64,000 bases of DNA from Polyangiaceae bacterium (GTDB lineage: Bacteria > Myxococcota_A > Polyangia > Polyangiales > Polyangiaceae), in assembly GCA_965222375.1 (NCBI GenBank), contig CBDCTZ010000005.1:256001-320000 (forward strand). Reading direction: 5' to 3'. The translations under genes and the position numbers were made by a program. Within the stretch, counting starts at the first letter, position 1, and each line of letters opens with the position of its first letter. This document shows, one piece after another, positions 9,074 through 19,433 of this stretch. The notes under the pieces are model-generated. The model did not search any database and was not told where the DNA came from. It was given only the letters and a program-made list of their open reading frames with translations.

Positions 9074-9945
9074 GTTCCTCCTGCGCACGGTTTTTTATCG
9101 ACCGACCACGCGCCGTTGACGCACTTGCCCGTCACGAAGGCGCCCTGGGCGCAGAAGTCCCAGGTGCAATAAGAGTTAGCGCAGGGATCGCACTTGGTGC
9201 CCGAGGCCGGAGGCTGCACCGGGCACATCGGCGGCGGCGGATTGCAGGTACTGGGCACCTCTTGCCATGTCGCACCGATACACTCGAATCCAATGGGACA
9301 GCACTGAGTCGTGTACCAACACTGCTTCTCTGGCGGCGGCACGCAGGCTGCGCCCTGACTGGGTTGTTTCGCGGGGCACTTCGGCGCGCAGGGCGGCGTG
9401 AGGGGTTGCACGTCCCATTTGCCGCCGTTGCACGACGCATCGAATTTCGTCACTTGGCCGCAACTGTCTTTGGGGCCTGTGTAGGAACAGCTGCCCCAAC
9501 CGGTGATGCAGGCCGTGCCCGACACGGGCATTTCAGGTGGGCAGTCCGGGGGTGGTGGATTGCAGGAAGAGATGGCGATGTCGACATCCCAGCGCCCATC
9601 TGATCCACAGCTGGCACTGATCATGTCCGGCGGGCACTCAGGACTCGTGGGGGTCTCGTAGTTGCAGCTGAGACCAACGGGGGCGCAGGGCGCATCCTTG
9701 TTCGGGGCAGTGGGCGGACACGCGCCGGTCGTTCCACCACTGCCACCCACTGCCGCGGTGTTGCCGGTGCCTCCCGTGCCGCCGACGGCGGCCGTAGCGG
9801 CGGTTCCTCCCGAGCCAGAACCGGCAGCGGCGCCTCCTTGGCCGCCGCCACCATCCGAATCCACGGAGCCACCGCACGCCACGGCGGCAGTAGCGACGGC
9901 GACAGTCACTACGAAGGGAGCGCGCTTGACGGTTTTTCTGGGCAT
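9070..9945 (-). CDS. Cys/Pro-rich repeat lipoprotein (paralog 2)
   Basis: KRAPFVVTVAVATAAVA-CGG signal; four similar repeats; ATGA overlap with paralog 1. Confidence 0.7.
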   Translation of the reverse strand: MPRKTVKRAPFVVTVAVATAAVACGGSVDSDGGGGQGGAAAGSGSGGTAATAAVGGTGGTGNTAAVGGSGGTTGACPPTAPNKDAPCAPVGLSCNYETPTSPECPPDMISASCGSDGRWDVDIAISSCNPPPPDCPPEMPVSGTACITGWGSCSYTGPKDSCGQVTKFDASCNGGKWDVQPLTPPCAPKCPAKQPSQGAACVPPPEKQCWYTTQCCPIGFECIGATWQEVPSTCNPPPPMCPVQPPASGTKCDPCANSYCTWDFCAQGAFVTGKCVNGAWSVDKKPCAGGT

Positions 9946-10143
9946 GAACTCCAGAGTAAATGCAACAGCTGTTCTAGGGACAGCGGATCAACAAGTGGTT
10001 GATATCAATCAACTTTGACACGAAGCTCACTGGCACACGCTGTGTCAGCCCAGACAAATGGCCCCCCAAACCCTGGCGCAAAGCCCGCAGGCGCTGTCGC
10101 CCGCCGCTAGTTGGGGAGCCGGCTAGAGAGGACAATCAGCTCG

Positions 10144-11297
10144 ATGAGTTACGACTTGAAGATCACTGGGGGAACCATCGTGGATGGAACGGGCAGTCGA
10201 GGGTTTTTCGGCGACGTAGCCGTCAAAGACGGGCGCATCGTTGCTGTCGGTGACTGCCCCGACAGCGCAAAGGAAACGCTGAGCGCTGAAGGCGCGATCG
10301 TGACTCCGGGCTTCGTAGACATTCACACTCACTACGACGGTCAGATCTCCTGGGATCCAGACATGGCGACGCTAGCCCCAAGCAGTGGGAGCGCATCATC
10401 GAGCGCGCGGAAGGCGCGACCCAGCGCGGCCTCGAGATGCGGCTGCAGGTCGCGCCGCGGGCCATCGGCGTGATGCTGGGCTTGGAAGCGACCTTCCACC
10501 CTTTCATGGGTTTTCCATCCTACAAGGCCATCGCGCACTTGCCCCTGGCCGAGCGCGTGCGGCTGCTTTCGGATCCAGAAACCAAGCGGCGCATGCTCAG
10601 CGAGAAGTCCGAAAAGGTCGCAGGCGACGGCAGCGCGATCCCTCCCCTAGCGGACCAGCTGCTCGCGCAAATCGACATGGTCAGCCTCCGGTTGTTCCAG
10701 CTGGGCGAAACGCCCAACTACGAACCCGTGGTCGACGATGCCCTTTACTTCCACGCGCAGAAGAACAACATGTCACCGCTCGAAGCCATCTACGACGCCT
10801 TGCTCGAGCAAGACGGCCGCGCGCTGCTCTACTTCCCGCTCTACAACTACACCGAGATGAGTCTCGACAACGTGAGGACCATGTTAGCCCATCCCCTCAG
10901 CATCCCAGGCCTCTCGGATGGCGGCGCCCATGTCGGCACCGTCTGCGATGCCAGCTTCTCCACTTTTGCCCTGATGCACTGGGCCAGGGACCGCAAAGAG
11001 GGGCGCTTTCCCCTGGAGCAAATGGTCAAGCGCCAGTCCCAGGACACGGCCCACTACCTGGGCCTGAAGGACCGAGGCGTGCTGGCGCCGGACCTCAAAG
11101 CGGATATCAACGTGATCGACTTCGACCATCTCGGCCTCGAGCCCCCGAACATGGTTCGAGATCTACCGGCGGGGGGTCAGCGCTTGCTGCAGAAAGCGCG
11201 GGGCTATCGCGCGACATTTGTCGCGGGGCGCAAGATCGTCGCTGACGACAGCTTGACCGGGGCGCGACCTGGACGGCTGGTGCGTGGCGGCCGCTGA
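10144..11297 (+). pseudogene. N-acyl-D-amino-acid deacylase (amidohydrolase), internally deleted and frameshifted
   Basis: N-terminus (GGTIVDGTG...[20 protein letters not shown]) changes frame at ~10367 into the C-terminal half (SDGGAHVG, DRGVLAPDLKADINVID, DLPAGG.RL). The central GVTT/GNCG segment is absent. Confidence 0.75.
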
Positions 11298-12912
11298 AGG
11301 CCCGCGAGGGCTCACCGCGCGGCCCTTGTCCAAGCGGATTACGGCTGTTTTGGCCGTTGCGAGTTGGGGAGGCGTTGCATGCACGCCGCAATCGCCGGCC
11401 GACGCGCCGCCGACCACGCCGCCCCCCCACCAACCGATCCCGCCCCCGCCACTCACAGCTGCAGGACCGCCCAGCCCTGTCCCGATGCGCAAGGCCGACC
11501 CGATCAAGATCGAGTTTCGCAACGACGAGCTGGCAAATCTTTTTTGGTGGATCGATCAAGCTAGCCGTTTCGATCCCGAATTGACGCGTCCTGAGCAGCG
11601 TGCGGCCCTCGAAAAGCAGGCGGCGCTGAGCCCCGCGGAGAAGCAGGCCCTCGAGGCTTATGCGAAACTGCGACGCAAGAAGTCGGATCCGGCCATCGAC
11701 GAACCCGGGCCGCCCCGCCTGGATGCATTGCCGCCCAAGCTATCCGCCGCCGAAGCGTTCGCGGCGCCGTTTCTGAGTCAGACCAAACTCGCCGACGCCA
11801 TCCGCGACCTCAACCTCGCGCCAAAGGATGCCGCCACCGTCAGCCAAGTGTTCCGCGTGATCGGCCCTCGAATCAAGAAGCACCACGCCGCTGTCAACAG
11901 CCTGGAGACGGCACGGGGCAAGTTGATTCAGCTTTCCGAGCCGGAGCGCTTGCAGCGCTTTGCGGGGCTCGTGGCCGACTTCTACGGCGTACGAACGCAC
12001 CTCGAGGCCGGGCTTGTCGTGCAACTCGTGTCCCAGCCCGAAGGGCATTTACGGGCGACACAGGTTGGGCCCGTGTTGCTGATCCCAATCACTCCGGGCT
12101 CCCTGAATTCGACGCGGCTGCAGGTAGAGCTGCTCGGCATCATCGTGCATGAGCTTTCCCATCACATGGCCTCGCAGGTCAGCGACACCGTTCGCGACCG
12201 GGTGACCCGAGACGTGGAGGGCTATTTGGGCCTGCCCAACCAGAAGCACGAGAACATCTTTGACGAAGCCACGCAGACGGCGATCGGGAACATCGTGTTC
12301 ATGAAGCGCAACTTCCCGACGGCTTACGATCCCGATGGCAAGTTCTACGCCTACGAACCCAACAACGACTTCCCCTATGCCATCGACAGCTATGCCCGCG
12401 CGCTCGCACCGCACCTGGAGCGCCTTCTTGCCATGCCCGGGGGGTTCGCCGGTCCCTATCTCAGGGCGGCAATCCAAGAGCACGCAGCGCTATTCCCGCG
12501 GGTGGTTCGCCACCACACCCGGGTCGTCAGCGTGCTGTCGGAAAATCGCCGAGCGCAGTCTAGCTTCGTCGGCCTGTTCGCGGCCCAGAGCCGCTTGCGC
12601 CACGTCGGCGACGATGTCGTCGGCTTCCTGAAAGAGACCCAAGGCTCCAATGCTCCGCGCTTCGTCATCGGGCGCCCCCAGTGGGCACAGCGCAACCGCA
12701 AAGCGCTTTCGGCCTTCGACCCCACGCTGGGCGCAGTCTTGGGCGCCCTCGATCCGGAGCGGGCAGACGCATGCCTCGGTGCACGCTTCAATCCAAAGCG
12801 CGGCAGTTGGGACTTCGTAGTACTCGGCAGTGAGGGCGCAGTTCGACGCTTGCTGGTCAATGTGCACCGCGGCATGCCCGTGCCTGCAGGAAAACCCGCC
12901 TGCACGCGCTAG
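11284..12912 (+). CDS. Hypothetical lipoprotein with HExxH zincin-like motif
   Basis: GGVA-C lipobox, Pro-rich linker, IIVHELSHH and downstream FDEA; start uncertain. Confidence 0.6.
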   Translation: MAAAEGPRGLTARPLSKRITAVLAVASWGGVACTPQSPADAPPTTPPPHQPIPPPPLTAAGPPSPVPMRKADPIKIEFRNDELANLFWWIDQASRFDPELTRPEQRAALEKQAALSPAEKQALEAYAKLRRKKSDPAIDEPGPPRLDALPPKLSAAEAFAAPFLSQTKLADAIRDLNLAPKDAATVSQVFRVIGPRIKKHHAAVNSLETARGKLIQLSEPERLQRFAGLVADFYGVRTHLEAGLVVQLVSQPEGHLRATQVGPVLLIPITPGSLNSTRLQVELLGIIVHELSHHMASQVSDTVRDRVTRDVEGYLGLPNQKHENIFDEATQTAIGNIVFMKRNFPTAYDPDGKFYAYEPNNDFPYAIDSYARALAPHLERLLAMPGGFAGPYLRAAIQEHAALFPRVVRHHTRVVSVLSENRRAQSSFVGLFAAQSRLRHVGDDVVGFLKETQGSNAPRFVIGRPQWAQRNRKALSAFDPTLGAVLGALDPERADACLGARFNPKRGSWDFVVLGSEGAVRRLLVNVHRGMPVPAGKPACTR

Positions 12913-12915
12913 CAC

Positions 12916-14082
12916 TCAGGGCACCTGGCTCAGGTGCCCCGCGCGGCATTCAAAGCGGATCAGTCGCACTCCGGCGCGCGTGGCGCTACCGACGAAGAGC
13001 GCGACGCCCGTGAACGCCGCCTTGGCACCCGGGGGTACTAGTCGCTTCGGCAACAGGGCGGAAAGATCTCCCACGACCTTGCCGAGGGGCGTGCGCCTCG
13101 ACGCGATGGAAAGCGCCGGGCCTCCCCGAGCACATTCCAAGCGCACCTTGGACCAATCCAAGGATGTCACGGCGTGCATGGCGCCGTTGCTCTTGACCGC
13201 TCGGCGGCCACTAGGGCAATCCGCAACCACCACGATGGCCCCGTCCACGACTGCAGAGCCCCGAGGAGTACATCCGGTCAAAACGTGGTTCGCCTCGGCA
13301 TAGCGCGGCGAATGCTGGATTCGAAACAGCGTCGTCGCCGGGCCGCCGGTTCGGCGCGAGCAGACACCGTACAGCCACTGCCCAGGAGTCGCCGAAAACG
13401 CCGCGACTCCTCGATCACACGCCGCGGGCACCGACAGTGGAATACGCCGAGGCTCGGGTCCGTCTTTCATCAGCTCTTGCACCAAGAAGCTGGTGCAATT
13501 CTTGTCCTTGTCACCGCTACTGCATGCCTCCAAGGGACCACTGCGAAAGACCAAGAGCTTGTCTTCCTCTTCGCGTACGACGAGGTGCCCACCGTGGACC
13601 GCTGCCGGGGCGGCCACCTCCCCCAAGCGATGCACGCTGCCGAAGCCAGACCCTTTGGTGCTGGCCACCACCCCATAGGCCGCTGCGAATTTGCCGCCAC
13701 GTTCGACCCACGCAACACCGAGACGTTCACCCACTCCAGCCGCGGCAACATCTGCTACCCGCCCGTCCCGAGCCAATTGAGTCGCATGTCCCATTTCCTT
13801 TCCACCAGCGTCGAAGCGCCGAAGCTCCAGTCCCTTGTCGCCCCCCACCACGGCTGAAAGCCCGGTTGCAGTCGCAACCAGAGCAAAGGGCTGAGGTGCC
13901 TTGGAAGGTTTCACCGATGGCGCGGCAGCGCCGCTCGTGGCGGCAACTTTTGCGGATGAGGTCGAACTCGCCGCCGCCGGTGCTGTGCGCTTCTGCTCAC
14001 ACGCTGCGAGCAGCGCCAGTGCGACCAGAGACACTTTCAGAACGCCGCGAAACTGCCCCCGCGTGATAGCCTGCGGTGCCAT
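12916..14082 (-). CDS. Hypothetical lipoprotein
   Basis: LVALALLAA-C lipobox, A/S/P linker; true start uncertain (about 14040-14082). Confidence 0.55.
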   Translation of the reverse strand: MAPQAITRGQFRGVLKVSLVALALLAACEQKRTAPAAASSTSSAKVAATSGAAAPSVKPSKAPQPFALVATATGLSAVVGGDKGLELRRFDAGGKEMGHATQLARDGRVADVAAAGVGERLGVAWVERGGKFAAAYGVVASTKGSGFGSVHRLGEVAAPAAVHGGHLVVREEEDKLLVFRSGPLEACSSGDKDKNCTSFLVQELMKDGPEPRRIPLSVPAACDRGVAAFSATPGQWLYGVCSRRTGGPATTLFRIQHSPRYAEANHVLTGCTPRGSAVVDGAIVVVADCPSGRRAVKSNGAMHAVTSLDWSKVRLECARGGPALSIASRRTPLGKVVGDLSALLPKRLVPPGAKAAFTGVALFVGSATRAGVRLIRFECRAGHLSQVP

Positions 14083-15484
14083 GGAAATAGAATTTGTCGG
14101 GGCAGCGCAAACGGTCACGGGATCCAAGCACTTGATTCGGACCAAGCATGCCACGGTCTTGCTCGATTGCGGGCTGTACCAAGGTCGCCGCCGAGAAAGT
14201 ATCGAGAAAAACCAGACTCTGGGCCTCGATCCAAAACGAGTCGATGCGGTCATTCTGTCCCACGCGCACATCGATCATTCCGGCGCTCTGCCCATCATGG
14301 TCAAGCGCGGCTTCCGGGGTTCCATCTACGCCACCAGCGCCACTCGGGATCTGTGCGCCGCGATGCTGATGGACGCGGCGATGATCCAAGAATCCGACGC
14401 GCGCTACATCAACCGCCAAATCGAGCGAGGCAAAAGCGACATGGAGCCCGTGGAGCCACTTTATGACGAGAAAGACGTCATGAGCGTGCTCGGCTCGATC
14501 GTGGCGATGCCCTACCACCACTCCATCCCCATCGCCAAAGGAGTCTACGTCAGCTTTCTCGACGCCGGCCACGTGCTCGGCTCCGCCATCACGATCTTGG
14601 ACGTGGAAGAGGGCAACCGCACCAAGCGCTTGATCTTCACCGGAGATCTGGGCCGCCGGCGCATGCCCATTCTGAGAGATCCGGAGATCCCGGATGACGC
14701 CACCGTATTGATCACTGAAAGCACCTACGGAGACCGCCTGCACAAACCCATCGAGCAGATGGACGACGAGCTTGCCGACGTCGTCTCCCGAGTCGTCGAA
14801 CGCGGCGGCCGCATCATCATTCCGAGCTTCGCTTTGGAACGGGCGCAGGAAATCGTTTACGCGCTCAAGGCGCTCAAGACCGCCGGCAGGCTCCCAAACG
14901 TGCCTGTGTACGTGGATTCGCCGTTGACTGTGAAGATAACTGACGTGTTTCGGCTGCACCCCGAGTGCATGGATGAAGAAGCCGTGGAGCTACTCAACGC
15001 TCGACAATCGCCGTTCGAGTTCGAACAGCTTCGCTACGTTTCATCCGTCGAGGACTCCAAGGCGCTGTCGGGTTCCAGTGATCCCGCCATCATCATCAGC
15101 GCCAGCGGGATGTGCGAAGCTGGACGGATCTTGCACCATCTTCGCGGCACCATCAATGATCCCAAGAACGCCGTGTTGATCGTGGGCTACCAAGCACCGC
15201 ACACTCTGGGGCGGCGTTTGGTGGAAGGCCGAAGCTCGGTAAAGATCTTCGGCATCGAGCACACCCGCCAAGCGGAGGTCGTAGTCTTGAATGGATTTTC
15301 CGCTCATGCTGACCAAAGTGACCTGATCGAATACGGCGAGGCCGTGCGGGATCGCGGGGATCTGCAGCAGCTGATTCTTGTGCACGGGGACCCCAAGCCT
15401 CAGAAGGTGCTCAAGCAGATGCTGGGGGAACGAGGCTTTGACAAAGTCAGCGCTCCAGCCGCAGGCGATCGCATCACACTCTGA
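14081..15484 (+). CDS. MBL-fold/beta-CASP metallo-hydrolase (RNA-processing type)
   Basis: GAAQTVTGS, LDCG, SHAHIDHSG, AGHVLGS, FTGDLG, ESTYG, FSAHAD, LVHG. Confidence 0.92.
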   Translation: MEIEFVGAAQTVTGSKHLIRTKHATVLLDCGLYQGRRRESIEKNQTLGLDPKRVDAVILSHAHIDHSGALPIMVKRGFRGSIYATSATRDLCAAMLMDAAMIQESDARYINRQIERGKSDMEPVEPLYDEKDVMSVLGSIVAMPYHHSIPIAKGVYVSFLDAGHVLGSAITILDVEEGNRTKRLIFTGDLGRRRMPILRDPEIPDDATVLITESTYGDRLHKPIEQMDDELADVVSRVVERGGRIIIPSFALERAQEIVYALKALKTAGRLPNVPVYVDSPLTVKITDVFRLHPECMDEEAVELLNARQSPFEFEQLRYVSSVEDSKALSGSSDPAIIISASGMCEAGRILHHLRGTINDPKNAVLIVGYQAPHTLGRRLVEGRSSVKIFGIEHTRQAEVVVLNGFSAHADQSDLIEYGEAVRDRGDLQQLILVHGDPKPQKVLKQMLGERGFDKVSAPAAGDRITL

Positions 15485-15523
15485 CCCGGGAAACCGCGAT
15501 TCGCCAACGTACGTAAGTGAGCC

Positions 15524-16249
15524 ATGAGCGAAGCCAAGCCCAGCCAAAGCAAGCTGCGGCTCTGGCTCTTACTCGCTGCCCTGGCTGTGGTCATCGCCCT
15601 GTCTTTCGTACTGCCGATCCAGGCATGGCTCTTGGCGCTGGCAGAGTGGATTCGAGGCCGCGGCGCCGCTGGGATCGGGATCTTCAGCAGTGTCTACATC
15701 GTGGGTACCGTCCTGCTACTCCCGGGCAGCGTGCTGACCTTGGCTGCAGGCTTTGCCTACGGTCCCGTGCTCGGCACGCTCATTGTTTGGGTTTCGGCGA
15801 CCATCGGCGCGTGTGCGGCATTCCTCGTTGCCCGCACGATCGGCGGCGCCTGGGTGGAAGACCGCGTCCGGGGCAACCCCAAGTTTTCCGCAGTCGACCG
15901 CGCCGTCGCCGACCAAGGCTTCAAGATCGTCTTTCTGTTGCGCTTATCGCCCATCTTCCCCTTCAACCTGTTGAACTACTCCCTCGGGCTCACCCGCATC
16001 AGCTTCCCCGCATACGCCTTGGCGTCCTTTCTCGGCATGCTTCCGGGCACAGCTATGTATGTGTACTTGGGCTCCCTGGTCGAAAGTGCGTCGGCGCTTT
16101 CGAAGGGTGCGCCCAGCGGGGGCACTGCGCAGCAGGTGCTATACTGGGGCGGACTGGTAGCCACGGTGGGCGTCACCGCGTTCATCACGCGGCTGGCGCG
16201 GCGCGCGCTGAACGAAGCCCTCGGTCCCGAAGCTGTGGCTGATGAGTGA
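15524..16249 (+). CDS. TVP38/TMEM64 (DedA/VTT) membrane protein
   Basis: PGSVLTLAAGF.YG, LLRLSPIFPFNLLNY.LGLT, GMLPGT..YVYLG. Confidence 0.9.
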   Translation: MSEAKPSQSKLRLWLLLAALAVVIALSFVLPIQAWLLALAEWIRGRGAAGIGIFSSVYIVGTVLLLPGSVLTLAAGFAYGPVLGTLIVWVSATIGACAAFLVARTIGGAWVEDRVRGNPKFSAVDRAVADQGFKIVFLLRLSPIFPFNLLNYSLGLTRISFPAYALASFLGMLPGTAMYVYLGSLVESASALSKGAPSGGTAQQVLYWGGLVATVGVTAFITRLARRALNEALGPEAVADE

Positions 16250-16967
16250 ACCGCCAGTGCCGACGCCGGCGCCACTGTCCGTCGTGATGCCGGTCGTCAA
16301 CGAAGCCGCGCGCATCACCGCGCGCCTGGACGAACTCAGCCGGCTCCAGGGCGTGGGTGAGGTAATCGTGTGTGACGGCGGCAGCACGGACGGCAGCCTC
16401 GACTTCACAGAGCGTCACCCCAGCACGGAACGAGGGCTGACTCGGCTGCTACGCGTGGACCGAGGTAGGGCCCGGCAGATGAACGCCGGTGCCAAGGCTG
16501 CCAGCCATGAAATCCTGTTGTTCCTCCATGCAGACACGCAATTGCCACCCGACGCCCACCAGCTGATCGGCCAGGCGCTCCGAAAGCCCGGCGTCGTATT
16601 CGGAGCGTTCCGTACCCACACCTTGGACGACACCGGAAAGAAGAGCGCGCGTTGGCTGCGACTGGCAGATTTGCGCTCTCGCTACACCACCACACCCTAT
16701 GGTGACCAAGCGCTGTTCGTGAAAAGGCGCGCTTTCTGTGCCGCGGGTGGCTTTCCGGATCAGCCGCTCATGGAGGAGACGGAGCTATGTCTGCGTCTGC
16801 GCAAACTGGGACGTTTCCGACGGGCGGCGGGAGAAGTTCGGGTTAGCGGTCGGCGCTTTCTGGCTCACCCGATCCGAGACATGCTGCTCGTGAACGTATT
16901 CCCCATCTTATACCGCCTCGGCGTCAGCCCCCAACGGCTCAAGGGGATCTACGAAGACGTGCGTTAG
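16242..16967 (+). CDS. GT2 glycosyltransferase, TIGR04283-like
   Basis: SVVMPVVNE, DGGSTDG, GRARQMNAGA, LFLHADT, PYGDQALF, GGFPDQPLME, SGRR. Confidence 0.85.
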   Translation: MSEPPVPTPAPLSVVMPVVNEAARITARLDELSRLQGVGEVIVCDGGSTDGSLDFTERHPSTERGLTRLLRVDRGRARQMNAGAKAASHEILLFLHADTQLPPDAHQLIGQALRKPGVVFGAFRTHTLDDTGKKSARWLRLADLRSRYTTTPYGDQALFVKRRAFCAAGGFPDQPLMEETELCLRLRKLGRFRRAAGEVRVSGRRFLAHPIRDMLLVNVFPILYRLGVSPQRLKGIYEDVR

Positions 16968-16979
16968 CTGGGCTTCGCG

Positions 16980-18086
16980 CTAGCGTCCAAGTTCCACGAA
17001 CTTCATGCCAAAGGTGTCGGCCACCGCGCGGTTCGTGATCTGCTTCTTGTGGGTGTTCACCGCACTGGTGATCCGTGGGTCTTGAGCACACGCCTCGCGC
17101 AGACCCGCATCCGCTAGCCTGAGAGCGAAGGGCAGCGTGACATTGCACAGCGCGTAGGTGCTGGTCCGGCCCACGGCGCCCGGCATGTTGGCCACGCAGT
17201 AGTGCACCACTTCGTCGATGATGTAGGTGGGCTCCCCGTGGGTCGTTGGGCGCGTGGTTTCGACGCAGCCACCCTGATCTACAGCGACATCCACGATCAC
17301 GGAGCCAGACCTCATACTCTTGAGATCGGACTTTTCGACCAGTCGCGGTGCCCGGGCACCCTCGATCAAGATGGCTCCAACCACGAGATCCGAACGCATG
17401 ATTTGCTCCCGGATGGTGTGACGGTCGGAGAACAGCGTGGTGACGTTCTTGGGCATGATGTCGTCGAGGTAGCGCAACCTGTCCAGGTTGATGTCGAGGA
17501 TCGAAACGCTGGCACCGAAGCCCGCAGCCACCTTGGCGGCGTTCGTTCCGACCACACCGCCACCGAGAATGCAGATGTGCGCCGGTTCGACCCCCGGCAC
17601 GCCGCCGAGCAAGATCCCCCTGCCCTCTTGAGGCCGCTCCAGATACTTGGCGCCCTCTTGAATGCTCATGCGCCCGGCGACTTCACTCATGGGCGTGAGC
17701 AGAGGCAACTGACCCTTGTCGTCGCGCAGTGTTTCATACGCGACGCAGCTGGCTCCGGAATCGACGCAGCCCTGCGTCAGCTCTTCACTGGCCGCGAAGT
17801 GGAAGTAGGTGAAGACGATGTGACCATCACGCATCAGCGGGATCTCGTCCGACTGGGGCTCTTTCACCTTGATGATCATGTCCGCCCGCTTCCAAATCTC
17901 TTCACGGGGCGTCACGATTTCCGCACCCACTGCGGCATAGGCCTCGTCGCTGAGGCCACTGCCGGCGCCGGCGCCGGCTTCGACGAGTACTTGGTGCCCA
18001 CGCCGCTTCATCTCCTCCGCACCTACGGGCAATAGGGAGATGCGGTACTCGTGGGCTTTGACCTCTTTGGGAACTCCAACGATCAT
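16980..18086 (-). CDS. ald: Alanine dehydrogenase
   Basis: GVPKEVK..EYR, KVKEP, LLTPMSEVAGR, GGGVVG, DVAVDQGG, HYCVANMPGAV. Confidence 0.95.
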   Translation of the reverse strand: MIVGVPKEVKAHEYRISLLPVGAEEMKRRGHQVLVEAGAGAGSGLSDEAYAAVGAEIVTPREEIWKRADMIIKVKEPQSDEIPLMRDGHIVFTYFHFAASEELTQGCVDSGASCVAYETLRDDKGQLPLLTPMSEVAGRMSIQEGAKYLERPQEGRGILLGGVPGVEPAHICILGGGVVGTNAAKVAAGFGASVSILDINLDRLRYLDDIMPKNVTTLFSDRHTIREQIMRSDLVVGAILIEGARAPRLVEKSDLKSMRSGSVIVDVAVDQGGCVETTRPTTHGEPTYIIDEVVHYCVANMPGAVGRTSTYALCNVTLPFALRLADAGLREACAQDPRITSAVNTHKKQITNRAVADTFGMKFVELGR

Positions 18087-18222
18087 GCTGGCTCACTTTC
18101 CGCGGGACTGGCCGCGATCGCCTAATACCATGACCGCGCCGTTCCGCGTGCGGCGCTAAATCTGCGGCACCTGCGCGTTGCGGAGATGACCTGGCCGCCA
18201 TGCGTGGTACGCTGAATTCACT

Positions 18223-19293
18223 ATGTCGCTGCGCCCTGTCTTTGCCGTATGCCTACTCCTAATCGCTTGCGGCGACGGCGATACCGCCTCCCCCAAGCAG
18301 CCCGGTGGCGGCGTGCTCGATGGCAGCTTCGAAGCGAGCGTCGACGCGGGCACGGACGGCGCCGCTGACGCCCCGCCGCCAGATGTGGGCCCAGCGGACA
18401 CGGCTCCCCCCTTCACGGGGCCCGGCGCCCTGAGCCAAACCGGCCTCTACCTCGACACCGTGAGCAAGACCCTGGCCCCGGGTGTCATGCCCTACGACGT
18501 TCGCTATCCACTCTGGTCCGATGGCGCCACCAAGTCGCGCTTCTTGTATTTGCCCTCCGGCGAGCAGATCAACACGCAATCCATGGATTTCTGGAGCTTT
18601 CCCATCGGCACCAAAGCCTGGAAGGAGTTCCGCAAGAACGGACAGCTGCTCGAAACCCGCTACCTCGAAAAACGCGCCAAGGGGCCCGGGGGCTGGCTGG
18701 AGGTGGCCTACGTCTGGAACGACGAAGCCACCGAGGCCTACGCCGCGCCGCAGGGCCTGCAAGACGTCAAAGGCACGACTCACGACGTCCCGAGTCAGGC
18801 CGATTGCTCCCAGTGCCACGACGGAGAGAGCGACGTGCTGATCGGAGTGGGCGCAATCCAACTGAGCAAGGAAGCCGGCGGCGGGTTTCTTTCCACACTT
18901 GCCACGCAGGGTTGGCTCTCCCACCCACCCGCAGGCGAGTTCCCGGTGCCTGGCGATGGCGTCGTCGAGGACGCGCTAGGCTACCTGCATGCCAACTGTG
19001 GCAACTGCCACAACGACACTCACTTCTTGACCAGCAAGCGGACCCTGCGCCTCAAACTTCTGACCACGAGCACCACCCCCGAGTCGACGCCAACGTACAT
19101 GACGGCGATCAACGCTAAGATGAACCACGTCGTCGATGGAACCACGGTCGCCATCGCCCCCGGCGACCCCAGCAAGAGCCAGCTCTACATCCGCATGAAT
19201 GGGCGCGAGCTCGATTCCATGCCGCCACTGGGCACCGAAGAGGTCGACAGCATCGCCATGGCCGGCATCTTCAATTGGATAGCTGGTCTGTAG
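18223..19293 (+). CDS. Diheme c-type cytochrome lipoprotein (SO2930-like)
   Basis: LIA-C lipobox, PLWSDGA.K.R, FPIGT..WKEF, CSQCH, YLHANCGNCH, MPPLG. Confidence 0.75.
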   Translation: MSLRPVFAVCLLLIACGDGDTASPKQPGGGVLDGSFEASVDAGTDGAADAPPPDVGPADTAPPFTGPGALSQTGLYLDTVSKTLAPGVMPYDVRYPLWSDGATKSRFLYLPSGEQINTQSMDFWSFPIGTKAWKEFRKNGQLLETRYLEKRAKGPGGWLEVAYVWNDEATEAYAAPQGLQDVKGTTHDVPSQADCSQCHDGESDVLIGVGAIQLSKEAGGGFLSTLATQGWLSHPPAGEFPVPGDGVVEDALGYLHANCGNCHNDTHFLTSKRTLRLKLLTTSTTPESTPTYMTAINAKMNHVVDGTTVAIAPGDPSKSQLYIRMNGRELDSMPPLGTEEVDSIAMAGIFNWIAGL

Positions 19294-19433
19294 CTACCTC
19301 GCGACCCGTGTGCCATGGCACAGCTCGGACTTTCCTGTCCGGCAGATCCGCGTTGACGGGACCGCAATGCGCCTGAAATCGCTCAGCTGGCACCTGGCAC
19401 GGGCCTCGCACCAGGCCGCGACTGGAGACCCCC

